Source of the DNA: Octopus bimaculoides
Taxonomy: Eukaryota
Direction: 5' to 3'
Length of the DNA stretch: 56,730 nt
Assembly: GCF_001194135.2 (NCBI RefSeq)
Contig: NC_068981.1
Coordinates: 123,402,793-123,459,522, forward strand
The notes under the pieces are model-generated. The model did not search any database. It was not told the DNA's origin and saw nothing but the letters and a program-made list of their open reading frames with translations. Positions 23,635 through 36,679 of the stretch are shown here, one piece after another. The stretch's first letter is position 1; each line of letters opens with the position of its first letter. A program made the translations under genes and the position numbers.

Positions 23635-25291
23635 ATAGTAAATTCCTTTTATTCAGAGGAGAAAGTTTTTCATGGATTCAATTTTGACTTTACAACAGGT
23701 TATATGGACAATAGTGTATTTAGCATACAAACAGCAGAGTTGAGTGTTTTACTGTATCAGTTACCTTTTATTAGAAGGAAAAGCACTCAGATTGAAATAA
23801 GTCTTCAGCAGAATTAAAATGTATCTTGCCCGAAGGTTTTAGGAAATCTAACATACTTATTGCATATTTTTTCCTCCAATCTGTCCGCCGTTATCATTTT
23901 ACTTTCCTTATATTGTATTTTGAAGAGAAATATTCGTTGTCATTTTTCTCTATATATTTGCATATATACTTTTTTGTTAGTTACTTTTAACCACTTGAAG
24001 TAGATAGAAAAGCGACAAAAGAAATGAACAACGGAGGAAGGAGAAAAAATAACACATACAAATGAATAATAGAGTTAATACATCCGGTAAAGTGCAGAAT
24101 AAGAAAAACGTTCACTTGAAATATTGCTGCTAAGGATAAAATTTCAAATAAAATATTTAGATTTAGAAAATACTAGCTTCTATTATAACTAAAAAAATTA
24201 TTACTAGTTATTACTTGTTACTTTATAAAAAAATTTTTTTTAAAACGCAATATATTTTTTTGCACTTTAAAGAAATTCATTTTTAAAAGTGAATTTGCCT
24301 ACCATATATTTGCCTACCATATATACTACCTTGCATAAGACTTTAGCTATATTGGTACTTCTGGCTCTCATTTTTTAAGTATTCTAGTATATCGATATTT
24401 TAACAAAATGGTGGTATCTTTTTTAATTATAATGTTACTTTGTAAATTAAAATCAAATAATTTTCAATATTCAAATTTTATCCTTTGCTGCAATATTTTA
24501 AGTAACAATTTTCTTGTTCTGTACTTTACCAGATGTAATAACTTGTCCTGATGTTTTCCATATTTATAACCTTACATTTTTCCGTGTAATCCATGTTTTT
24601 CTAGGCTATTCCAATATGCTAATTAATAATGTGTCAAATGTGTCAATTAGCGGTTTCGTTGATAATTTTTTTCCTTACCTTAATGATGCTGGTGACATAT
24701 ATTAAAAGTCCCCTAGAACGATATTCATTTTAAAAAGTATAGAACTATAATATCACCAAATAGAACTATAATATCACCAAAGTTGAGACATAAATACTCA
24801 GAACTTTTTTTCTTTTAAAACACCATTGCATGAGATTGATACCACGAAGTTCCGCGAATTGAACTCTATTATTTAAGCTTAATTAAAATTTAGTTTGTCT
24901 TGAAAATAAAAATATTAGTTACACTTAAACCCAATTTTCTGCCTTACTTTTTTGATACATATTTTTGTTGCATGTGACCAAAACTATAAAATTCCTCATG
25001 TTTTCTTCTATCATTCAAGCTAAGATAAATATGTTTTGCTTTTAAAATAAAAAAAAAGACTTATTTAGATCTAAACTTCATTGGTGACGTTACTTACTCT
25101 CCTATAATGTTGCTATAAATTTTGATGTACACTTTTCTCTACTTGACCAAATCTCAAATTTTGTATGCCAAAATGTAGCTATTAAGAACTGAATACACAG
25201 CAAGATCTGAAAGATGCTGTGCGTGAGTAAATTACGGGCTTAAGAATATTATTCAACTACTACCTTAGCTGAATGATACATATATATATGT

Positions 25292-25355
<64 letters not shown>

Positions 25356-25432
25356 NNNNNNNNNNNNNNNNNNNNNNNNNNNNNNNNNNNNNNNNNNNNN
25401 NNNNNNNNNNNNNNNNNNNNNNNNNNNNNNNN

Positions 25433-25481
<49 letters not shown>

Positions 25482-26629
25482 CTGCTGAGAAATGAAAATC
25501 GAAATCAATTTTAATGACGTGTAATAACCTATTCTTAAGCAGTTATTAATTTTTTTTCATTTATTCATGATAGCTAGGCCTATTTTTATACATTCTTAAG
25601 TTTATTTTCTATTTCCAATTACGCCTTTATATATCCCTAGAGCGTAAGATTGACTTTTTCATGTGGTTCCCCGAAATAAATTACTAGATAATTATTGACT
25701 GGGAATTTATTACTGAAATCGGAAAATTAGAACGCCACAATAGAAATGTATTGAACATTTCAAGGAAAATATAAAGAAAAGGAAGAAAAAGCATCATTTA
25801 ATTATAACTGTTGTCAAATCTTGGTTGAAAGGATGTCATAATACAGCTGTGTTTATAATTTGTTCGAATTTTTGCGAAATACCTCACAATTCAATCACTC
25901 AAATATATATATATTTTTGCATATCTGCATAGTTTACACTGCAACATAGCGTGTTTTTAACGTAATGCTTTATGCTTCTGTGTAAGAAGTGTGTCGAGAC
26001 ATCGGCTTTGTTTCCTCATAACTTTCTGAAAATGCTGTTTTGTATATATAATCTTTAGTACAACTACCTGTCAGATAGAATTGTGTCCTAAAAAATAAAA
26101 CTACTTCGGGGTACTCTTCCATCCTTTCCTAAAAATTGTCTGAAAGCCATGGTCTTTGAAAGGTGAGTACAATGCTAACGCTAATTATTAAATACATAAT
26201 TACAGTCATTATTTTATATCTTAATCAGACTTTGAAACAAACTTAAAGGTAACCTATCTTGAATGTGGTCTTTTAATATGCTAGAAATAAGTGTGATCTT
26301 CGGGCACAAAAAGTGTTCTTTATTTTCAAAATAATTGCAGACATCATCATCAAATAGTACGAGAAAACAAATTCAAGAAACGAGAAATATGCGATCCCAC
26401 TCAATATTTGTTTCACACTAAATTCCAATATAATTTTAATCAACGCTATCTGAGAGGTATTTGATAAAAAGTCATTCAAATATCCATTTTTCTGACGGTT
26501 ATAAGGAAATAAATTCGAAACGAGTGAATTATCTGAAACTCTTCTCCTCACAGATCTTCGAATAGGATATATATATGTTTATATATTTATACCGTTCTAA
26601 ATTTACGTACATATATACGTATATACAGA

Positions 26630-28410
26630 CTAGCAGAAATACTCGGTGTTTCCCGAGTTAAGGAGAATAAGGAAATTTTTTTGAAATGCCGTCTAGATTA
26701 TGCAGGTCTCAACTGCTAATAGCACAGATACCAACTTTTTATATTAATAGCTCTCTAACGCATGCCAGCATGGAACATAGACATTAAGTGAAACGTTAAA
26801 AGAAAGTGTTCAACTAATATATGTATATAAAGTAAATACACATAATTCAAAAGCACGTTTTGTGTAGCTTATTTCGTAACCAACAAACAGGCACTGATTA
26901 TAAAAAATGAAAGGCTGATTTTGGTGATTCAATTGACAAAATTAGTAGAGAGCCAATCCGATGATAAATCTAACCTTGGATCTCGAATGTTTGCATGAAT
27001 TTTGGCTCAGTTAAATTTCTTGTGGCTCCAAATGATGTCATCTGTAGTGCAGCGTTGTATTGTCTAATTTTGTTTTGGAGGTGCTTGGAATTTTGATCAG
27101 TTGATGACAATAGCTGCTTCAATGGCTCTGAAGGTTGGGGAATTGCAGGCAGCGTAACCTTTCCACCACTGCAGCACAGTGCAAAGTGTCTCTCAAGGTC
27201 ACTTACTTGCTTTACAATGTACGTACTCAGTTGTCATTGCACCAATGGAAACTCTAGTGTCATCTGCATAATGAACTGCTGGTTCATAATTGAAATATGC
27301 TTCATAGAAGCTGCTTCATAGACGTTGCTTCTCTGAGCTGTGGCAACTTCTCCTCGTTCCTCAGTGGAGGTCCTATTCTCTGTCAACCATGCATACTTCT
27401 GTTTATATCTTTGAGTTGCTCTGGCTTTTATAGTGCTCAGTCTGTTCGTTTCTTGGTATGCTTCACTTTCTGTAGCTATCTCTCTTACCCTAGACAGAGA
27501 TTCTTTTGGCTGACCTTGACATTGTAGACAAATTTGACACTTTACTTGTAGGCATGGTTATATACGTATGCAAAACTACACGGATGCAGAAAATAGCAAA
27601 CAATGAAAATAACTGGGCAACGGAAATTATATTTCTTAACACGACGGTGAGCAAGTAAATAAGAAAATTTTACGGAAAATAAACTATTGTGCGGGTTGAA
27701 ACGAAATTTGTCAGTGAACCAAAGCACCGGTATTGACAGAACCAGAAAAAAACCCGTTAACAACAGAAAAACACAAAACCGTTGCAAAAGGAAATAAGAC
27801 ATTTTTAGGGAAATTGACTAAACGTACGGATTCAAGTGAAATTTTTGAAGTTACTTCTGTCAAGAAATTATGAACTTACCTGTATCAGTAATTCTGTCTA
27901 CCACCCAAAATTACAAATCTTTGCAAAAGTGAATAAATTTGTGCGCAAATTTAACGAAGTGTACAGATTGAAATGAAATTTATTTTGTTACTTCTGTCAG
28001 TAAATTATGTATGAAATTACTTCCACCAGGATTTGTGAACTTCTTTCTGTCAGTAATTTGCCGTTGTTGTTTGTAAATAGCGATTAAAAACGTATAGTGA
28101 AGACAATAGCGTCTGAAAAATGAAAGTGAAAACAATAGAGAGTCAGTGAGATATAGAGAGAGTGTTAAAGAGAGAGCTAGGTAGTTAGACAAATAAGATA
28201 GAAATTAATACATAGATAAGATATAGACAGATACAGAGAAATAGATAGAGATAGAGATAGATAGAGAGATACAGATAGAGAGATACAGGTAGAGAGATAC
28301 AGATAGAGAGATACAGATAGAGAGATACAGATAGAGAGATACAGATAGAGAGATAGAAATAGAGAGAGGAAGATGGATAGGTAGATATATATATAGAGAG
28401 AGATATATAG
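26630..28410 (-). mobile_element. Internally deleted Helitron with intact 3' terminus
   Basis: ATG at 27555 (MPTSKVSNL). Rep/Hel N-terminal motifs FNYEPAVHY...IGAM, CSGGKVTLPAIPQPSEPLKQLL...SKHLQNKIRQYNAALQMTSFGA, FMQTFEIQG*IYHRIGSLL. 3' hairpin ACTCGG-gaaaca-CCGAGT (26641-58), then CTAG (26630-33) followed by T. The 5' TC end near 28403-28411 is inferred. Confidence 0.88.
28260..28355. repeat. 14-bp minisatellite (GATAGAGAGATACA) about 7 copies
   Basis: Read directly; lies within the inferred Helitron 5' region. Confidence 0.9.
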
Positions 28411-28750
28411 ACGTTATTCACGCTAAAAAAACGAAAGTAAATATTTAAAAAACTTTCAATGACGTTAATCTAATATTAAAAGCAAATGATCTTTTACTGA
28501 CGAATGGATGTAAGGGAGACAATCAATTTCTGAAAGTTAATTTTCAGAGGGTTATCTCCCTTCTATATGTAAAGGGGGTTTTCTTCCTCCATGGGCCCGT
28601 TACTCATTCTGTGAAACATTTGAAGAGTCTAAAACTATCCCTGGAACATAAGTAATGCGTGTTCCCAGTTTGGAGAAAATCAGTTAAAAAATAGGGCCGT
28701 TATAACATTTTACACACACACACACACACATATATATATCACTTTTACAC

Positions 28751-29146
28751 TTTTACTTGTTTCAGTCTTTTGACTGCGGCCATGCTGGAGCACCGCCTTT
28801 AGTCGAAGAAATCGACCCCAGGACTTATTCTTTGGAAGCCTAGTACTTATTCTATCGGTCTCTTTTGCCGAACCACTAAGTTACGGGGACATAAACACAC
28901 CAGCATCGGTTGTCAAGCGATGTTGGGGGGACAAACACAGACATACAAACACACACACACACATACACATATATATACACATATACGACGGGCTTCTTTC
29001 AGTTTCCGTCTACCAAATCCACTCACAAGGCATTGGTCGGCCCGAGGCTATAGTAGAAGGCACTTGCCCAAGATGCCACGCAGTGGGACTGAACCCGGGA
29101 CCATGTGGTTGGTAAGCAAGCTACTTACCACACAGCCACTCCTACG
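28751..29146 (-). mobile_element. SINE family B, full length, CORE-like, with internal (CA)n/(TA)n
   Basis: Reverse complement shows A box tggctgtgtggtaag, B box ggttcagtccc and core-like catcttgggcaagtg, then a microsatellite and 3' domain. Confidence 0.92.
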
Positions 29147-29779
29147 CCCTGTGCGCGCGCGTGAATGTGTGTAAAAACTCCTTCATATACTTGACTGCTT
29201 GAATTGAATCCTCCTTGTTGAGACTTGCTATAACTCCTTCTAATACACTCTCAATTTACCTATTGATATTTGTTTAAGCAATACTTCAATTAATTCTATT
29301 TATTTCCTGTAAACTGCATAGTCAACGCTATTTCAGGTATAAATACAAGCTCTTACAAATTTAAATCAAGTGGAGGTAAATTGAAAACAATATATTAAAA
29401 GCGAAATAATTTAATGATCTTGCGAAATTTAGCAATCACAAATACAATAGTTTCGAATCAAATTGTATTAATCTCAGAATAAATTAAATAGAAGATATTT
29501 TGATAAAACTTAGTAGATGTTTTTTTGTTGTCGTTTTTGAATTGTTTGAAATAACACAAATGGTTTTTAAATCTCAATTGTGTGATTTAGGCCTACAACA
29601 TTGCACTGTATTATCTTTGACGAATGTCAGTCACAATACAGTAATAGGTTGTCTCGAGCTACAAGTTCAAGTTGTATTTTACGATTGTAATACGCGATAA
29701 CAAGCTTTACTCGTACAAAATGCCTCATTTTGAAACACTTACAAGTGACTTATCTGCTGCTGATCAAGGAGGTTTGGCA

Positions 29780-30010
29780 TCCATAGCACAGACCTACAGC
29801 ATTACATTTGCACCGCGGAGGTTTTCGACAAAATGTGTAATTGGATCATACGTGGCATGGATGAATATTTGTGGATGTTTACATTTAAAATTATATCATT
29901 TCGTCTTCCTCACACACCGGTTTAATTTTAACACATTCTTACATAACTTCAGTCAATTCCCAACGACTGGTCTTTATCTTCAAAGTAAGATATTTCTTCA
30001 GCCTACACCA
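29780..30010 (-). mobile_element. Possible second maT/Tc1-like fragment
   Basis: Weak motif echoes only (GRRND; GANVML*VCAMDAKPP). Confidence 0.25.
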
Positions 30011-30454
30011 ACAGTTATTGTTTCACCATGCACGAGAGCATGGTGAAACAGACGAGCAACAGTCCATGCACGAGCAACAGACCATGCATGAATTGCCTTT
30101 GCTCCCGGAAACTGGCTGGGCCCGTATATTACTCAATTACTCCCATTGAACCCCTTTATTACTCGTTTATGAATATTATCAGTTATTGGGTTTGATATCA
30201 TTATTTAATTATATAAACAATTAAATTTGTTCCCTTATTGTTTGAATGTACTAATAATTGTCGCTTACCTCTCCCTAGCTCTGTGTCTCTATTTTACTGC
30301 CTCACTCACAGATATATATGCACACACACTCACACACACACATGTCCATACACACACATACCTACAGACACACACACACAGATGCCCACACAATCGCGCG
30401 CGCAGTGCTCAGAGAGAAGTTGCAGTGCAAATCGATAGCTCTAATAGTATCGTA

Positions 30455-30830
30455 TGTTTTGTTGGCCCTCCACCGTTTACGACGTCGAGGGTTCCAGTTG
30501 ATCGATCAACAGAACAGCCTGCTCGTGATATTAACGTGCAAGTGGCTGAGCACTCCACAGACACGTGTACCCTTAACGTAGTTCTTGGGGATACTCAGCG
30601 TGAAACAGTGTGACAAGGCTGGAACTTTGAATTACAGGCACAACAAAAACAGGAAGTAATAGTGAGAGAAAGTTGTGGTGAAAGAGTACAATAGGGATCG
30701 CCACCATCCCCTCGTGGAGCTTTAGGTGCTTTCGCTCAATAAACACTCACAACGCCCGGTCTGGGAATCGAAACCGCCCGGTCTGTGAATCGAAACCGCT
30801 GCCCTAACCACTGGGCCATTGCGCCTCCAC
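30455..30830 (-). mobile_element. tRNA-derived SINE family D with duplicated B-box segment
   Basis: Reverse complement head gtggaggcgcaatggcccagtggttagggcag, then (gcggtttcgattc[a/c]cagaccgg) twice. Confidence 0.85.
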
Positions 30831-32065
30831 AATAGTCTCATATATACACTACTTATATATATGTAAGCGCGTGTGATCAGGCGAACTTGCTGATACTTCT
30901 ATTTTGTTTATGTCTCTCTGTATGTGAGCAGAAATGCGATAATGGAGATAATTTTTTTTATCTCATTGGGCTATGAAATGACGAAAATAAAATAATTCGA
31001 TTTCCCTTTCATAGTAGCGGATTATTTTGCTGCTATATTTGCTTTCATTTCCATCGTGTCCTTCAGATTAAACAACTTACACAAAAGGGTATATGATAAA
31101 ATCATTGATTATATTGTTGTTAGTATTCATTTTCAGAACTTTAGCTATGTTATTTCCTAATTTTGGAAAGGTTTTCGGTTACTAATAGATATTTGACATG
31201 CTTTCTTCTGACTAAATCATTGGGGGATTAAGCATTTTATCATCGCAATGCATATATTGCATTCTATTGTCATATAAGTAGAAAAACAAAAAGAACAACT
31301 GCACGGCACTCATATGGCAAACATGATTTAGTTATTGTTTTAAATTTTCATGATTGCGATGGGTCTATTGCAACGGCTGGTGCAAGAAATAATACTGATG
31401 GTAGTGAAGGGTAATATGTATTATAAAGTGGCATGAGTGTGGGGTATAGTTGAGCCTTGCTTGATGTATCCGGACGTGACACAGGAATTATCAATTGGTC
31501 AGAATATCAGAATACAATTCAATAAAAATGAAAATTAATACAGTATTAATGACTTGGTATTTCACTTTGTAAACATTTCTCGAAGAATTTCGTCTCTAAT
31601 GATTTCTGTTGTTAGATTCATTTCCCAGATGTAAATCTAATATATACTACCACATAAGATGAGACAAATTTAAACTCAAACACAGTGTACATTATAAAAT
31701 ATGCGCGCGCATACACACTCACACACACACATACAGATATACAAACGTATGACTAATGAACACACGCATGTACATGTGTGTGTGCTTCTATAAAAAAAGA
31801 GAGTGGGGAGCAAAACGTGGGATTGTCCCCTAGGCACTATATAAATTTTAATACGAGTTTCAGGATAAATCATCAGTACGTGTTTGAGCTAATTAAGTTG
31901 GATGACAAGCAAGTCATAAGTGATTTAATGTTTATATGCAAATATATTATATATGTGTGTGTGTGTGTATAATACGGGTACATCACACACATATGTATAC
32001 ATACACACACACACATATATATACATATATGTATGCATATACATATATATGTATGTATATACTTA

Positions 32066-32125
<60 letters not shown>

Positions 32126-32204
32126 TATACTAATACATCTGTTTGTTTTCTACACCACAAGTCTTCGTCTTTTGTTTTGTTTTTTTGTGTGAATTCTCCC
32201 TATT

Positions 32205-32390
32205 TATATGTGTGTGTGTGTGTGTGTCTGTGTGTTTGTGTGTCCCTGTAACGTAGTAGTTTGATAAAAGAGACCAATGGAGTAAGTATTAAGCTTACAA
32301 AAAATGAGTCCTGCGGTCGATTTGTTCGAACAAAGCGGTGCTCCAGCATTGCCGCAGTCAAATGACTGAAACCAATAAAAGAAAAGAATA
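32205..32390 (+). mobile_element. SINE family B, 3' half
   Basis: aaaagagaccaat...gcggtgctccagcattgccgcagtcaaatgactgaaac, following a (GT)n tract. Confidence 0.85.
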
Positions 32391-32949
32391 AAACAATATG
32401 TCTGAGTTGTTTGTGTGCGTGTGTGTGTGTGTGTATGCATGTATGTGTGTGTGTTGTGTGTGTGTGTTTACGTGAGAATATCATATTCATATCATAATCA
32501 GAAGTTAGAGTGAGTTTGATATCTTTATAGAAAGTCTTTGAAAACAAAAGTAATGTACTAAATCTTATTATGACTTTAACATTGATGATTGTTTGTCTAA
32601 TATATATTTGTTTACAATGTGAATAACGTGATTCTGTTTAAGACGGGAAATAATATTATAATTATAAAAAACACAACGTGCATAGCAACGCTCACGTATA
32701 TGCACACGTATCCTCTATATGATCTCTATATGCGTATATCTCCATATAATTACGGCCGATATATATTTTGGTTGGTTTGTTGGTTTGTTGGTTGATTTCT
32801 CCAGTCACGCTTTAAATCGTAATTTAAAAGCGTTTACGTAACAGATGAAGGTCGAATGCACAAACTCGGTTTAGTGATAGCCAATGATTAAAAGAATTCT
32901 ATCCACACACATTGAGCCAATCATGTTGTGCGTGGGTGATTCTTGTTTT

Positions 32950-33960
32950 GGTATCATTTTCTGTTATGTTAGCGTTTGACCTAATGGATTCCATTAGGGC
33001 TGGGCTGTTGGTGTTTATGGCGGTCAACATTTTCATTTTTCTTTAGCGGGGGTCTGGTGTTGGTGTGTTTGTGTTGATGCTTTTGTTTTCTGCAGGTGTT
33101 TTGGTTTCGGGAGTGGTAAACCTCCCTGCTTTCTTTATCTGCTTCTCTATTCTTTTCCCCGACCTTTTTCTCCTTCCCCCTGAGGCCACTTGACAATCCT
33201 CTGAGTCGTCTTCATCTGACATGTCGAAGGAATCAGAAAGTGGGAGGGGACGTGTATTGGGGTCTATTTCTGTGTGTGTTGACTTTGTTGTTGGTGTTGG
33301 TGCAGGGTGGTGATACTTGGGGTGTGGTGTATGGGTTTTGGGGGTGGGGTATGAGTCTTTTTGGTTTTCTCTTCCTCCTTTGAAGTTGTTGTTGTTGGTG
33401 ATGGTGCGATGATGGTGTTGCTTCCGTTCTTGGTGGCGCTGGTGGTGGTGTTGTCTGGTTGGGCTGACTTGTTGGTTGCTGATGTTCCTTCGTTTGTTTG
33501 TAGAGCTGTTTAATTAGTTGTGCATATGGCGGTGTGGGTAGCAGTGCTGGTTTTTGCTCGGTTTTTGGTTTTTCTTGTGGTTGTTGTTGTTTTTCGTGAT
33601 CTTGTTGTCATTGTTGCTGCTGTTGTTGTTTCTGTGCTAGTGGGCAAGTAATTTGTAAGTGTGCTTTGTTACAACAAAGGTAGCAACGTGGCTTTCTGCC
33701 TTCGACAGCCACGTGTAAACTCGAATCTTCTTTCAATTGGATTCGATGTGGAATTTTTTCGAAAATCATTGGATTAATTTGAGCAAGAATTTCGATTTCT
33801 TGGCCGATCTAGTTTTACTGGTCCACGACTGCGATTTCCAAGATATGGACTTCGTCCTCGATGTCATAGCAAAGGGCAGACACAAGCCATTTTATTTCTA
33901 TCTCAGGAGGCACATTCTTTATTTTAACTTTTGTGACCCTACGACCAAGATATGTAGGGA
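32950..33960 (-). mobile_element. Non-LTR retrotransposon ORF1 (gag-like) fragment with CCHC zinc knuckle
   Basis: Minus frame YLGRRVTKVKIKNVPPEI...LHVAVEGRKPRCYLCCNKAHLQITCP (C-x2-C-x4-H-x4-C at 33644-33685), then a Q/P/T-rich tail with few stops. Confidence 0.75.
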
Positions 33961-33971
33961 TAGACAGACAA

Positions 33972-34022
<51 letters not shown>
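33958..34022. repeat. (GATA)n microsatellite
   Basis: Read directly. Confidence 0.95.
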
Positions 34023-34023
<1 letters not shown>

Positions 34024-34364
34024 TCTGGGATGGAGAAGTGGGCGAGGAAAAGAGGGAGAAAAAGAAAACGAGAAAGTGGTGTAGAACGAAAAAGAAGTGG
34101 TGTAAGCTTTCAGCATATAAAATGAACACGGAGAGCAATTTCGTCTTCATATCTGTTTCCCTTTTAGAATATTGTTAATCATATTTTATTTTAAAGTAAA
34201 AAATATATTGTTTATAATTATTTATATTTTAAGAATTAATATTTATTTCATCATTGTGCGTAACCTCTCAGAAATTTTTATAGAAGTTATATTATGATTA
34301 TTATACGTTTTCCATATTCCCTATTCTTACCCCTAATGGCATAAGCAACACATATATATAAGTG

Positions 34365-34450
<86 letters not shown>

Positions 34451-34960
34451 NNNNNNNNNNNNNNNNNNNNNNNNNNNNNNNNNNNNNNNNNNNNNNNNNN
34501 NNNNNNNNNNNNNNNNNNNNNNNNNNNNNNNNNNNNNNNNNNNNNNNNNNNNNNNNNNNNNNNNNNNNNNNNNNNNNNNNNNNNNNNNNNNNNNNNNNNN
34601 NNNNNNNNNNNNNNNNNNNNNNNNNNNNNNNNNNNNNNNNNNNNNNNNNNNNNNNNNNNNNNNNNNNNNNNNNNNNNNNNNNNNNNNNNNNNNNNNNNNN
34701 NNNNNNNNNNNNNNNNNNNNNNNNNNNNNNNNNNNNNNNNNNNNNNNNNNNNNNNNNNNNNNNNNNNNNNNNNNNNNNNNNNNNNNNNNNNNNNNNNNNN
34801 NNNNNNNNNNNNNNNNNNNNNNNNNNNNNNNNNNNNNNNNNNNNNNNNNNNNNNNNNNNNNNNNNNNNNNNNNNNNNNNNNNNNNNNNNNNNNNNNNNNN
34901 NNNNNNNNNNNNNNNNNNNNNNNNNNNNNNNNNNNNNNNNNNNNNNNNNNNNNNNNNNNN

Positions 34961-35122
34961 ATGAGGGACTCTAAGGTCAGACTACTATAACACTACAATA
35001 ACTACGAAATCATGATTTATAATTTAGTTCATTTTTTTAAGGGGTTGGCTTTGAAAGTTGCATTTCCTCGCATTCGGTAAAAATGTGCTTTTTTATAGTA
35101 GTCTGACCTTAGAGTCCCTCAT
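34961..35122. repeat. Perfect 30-bp inverted repeat with 102-bp spacer (MITE-like or contig-end artefact)
   Basis: atgagggactctaaggtcagactactataa (34961-90) and its exact reverse complement (35093-122). Confidence 0.9.
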
Positions 35123-35489
35123 GGCGTGAGGCGTTATTATATGGTAATGCCCTTATATAAATATAAATATATATTTCGGGAATAAATTATGGATTTTTTC
35201 CCTTATGAGGTTTTTTCACGCTAGCTACTTGATAAATTCTTGTAAAAGAATTCGTCCTATTATTGAATTTATATATATATATATATATATGTATATATAG
35301 ATGTACAGACATACATGCATACATGCATACATACATACATGCATGTATGCATACATACATATATACATACATACATACATTCAAATATACACACATACAT
35401 ACATATGTACTCACAGACAATGGCACACATATATAAATAAATATATATGGCTTAAATTCATATCTGTTTTGGATGTTTACGTGATTTGG

Positions 35490-35790
35490 TTTAGAATTTT
35501 TTGTAAGTTCCCCCGCTGCGTCCGCTCTTTAATATCCTGTGACAATATGGATGTCGCCCTAAGTTAAAATTATTACGGTAGAGTGAACATATCTAGTAAC
35601 AACACCAAACAATCAAAGCTTTTTGAATTTTATCTGTCAAATGTGATTAGAACTTTTTGTAGGTTCCCCGCTACGTCCATGCATTAATATTATATGATTA
35701 TACTATTTGCGCCGAAAATTAAGGCTAACGTGATTGAGTGAGAATGTCTAGTAATACTCCGAAAACAAGGCTCCTAGTATCTCTAAATTT
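35490..35790. repeat. Diverged tandem duplication, unit about 157 bp
   Basis: ttagaa.ttttt.gta.gttcccc.gct.cgtcc...ttaatat and gagtga..at.tctagtaa each occur twice. Confidence 0.65.
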
Positions 35791-36199
35791 AACGTCATAT
35801 TTTCATATATACAAGTGAAGGTATATACAAGTGAAGGTATATACGCATTAAGTTGGAGGCCACTATTTTGCACCTAAAATGTAAGATGTTACATAGTGGC
35901 GCATCTCGTCGAATTTTTACTCCTTTGAGCTCCTACCAGAAAATACATAGAAAATACCAGAAAATACATAGAACACTATATACTCACAAGCGCAACAGCG
36001 GTAATTAAAAAGCATTATTAAGAAAAGTTATAGTAAATATATTACACAATATACACTACAATATTTTGAATAGAAAATTTAAGTGTAAGAACCAAAATAT
36101 ATTTTAAATTGTATGTATGTATAGCTTAAATATACCATCTGAATGTTTGTACATAATTCAATGATAAATGGGAAAGTGTCTGTATACTGAACTCATATG

Positions 36200-36257
<58 letters not shown>

Positions 36258-36638
36258 CTGTATAATATATCATAATAATATTTTATTCTCCGATTTGAAG
36301 CAACAATTTTTAAATACAAACAAATAACTGAAAAATGATGAGCTGTCCCCAGCCAGAATTGAATCCACAAATCAACGCTAACACAGCTCCTTGCGCATCC
36401 GGTTTGGCCAAACGCTCACCAGTCAATTATATATATACTTAAACTGTCTAACACAACATATATTTGTAAACGAAAGTCTTTGTAAATTATGAAGAGAAAG
36501 CTACTATGGAAGACTCATAGTATAATATAATAAATACTAAACCCGATTAAGACCAGATTTAGTATTTCTAGAAATCAATGACTGATAATTTATACTATAT
36601 GCGTGTTTGTGTTTGTGTGCATGTATGTGTTGCATGTA

Positions 36639-36679
<41 letters not shown>

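Noticed and set aside
28440-28730. Possible Helentron/DINE-like subterminal fragment
   Set aside because: Only a loose resemblance; no termini identified.
8650-33960. Tx1 ORF2 piece and ORF1 piece as one interrupted element
   Set aside because: Same strand and order but 24 kb apart with many unrelated insertions; nothing links them.
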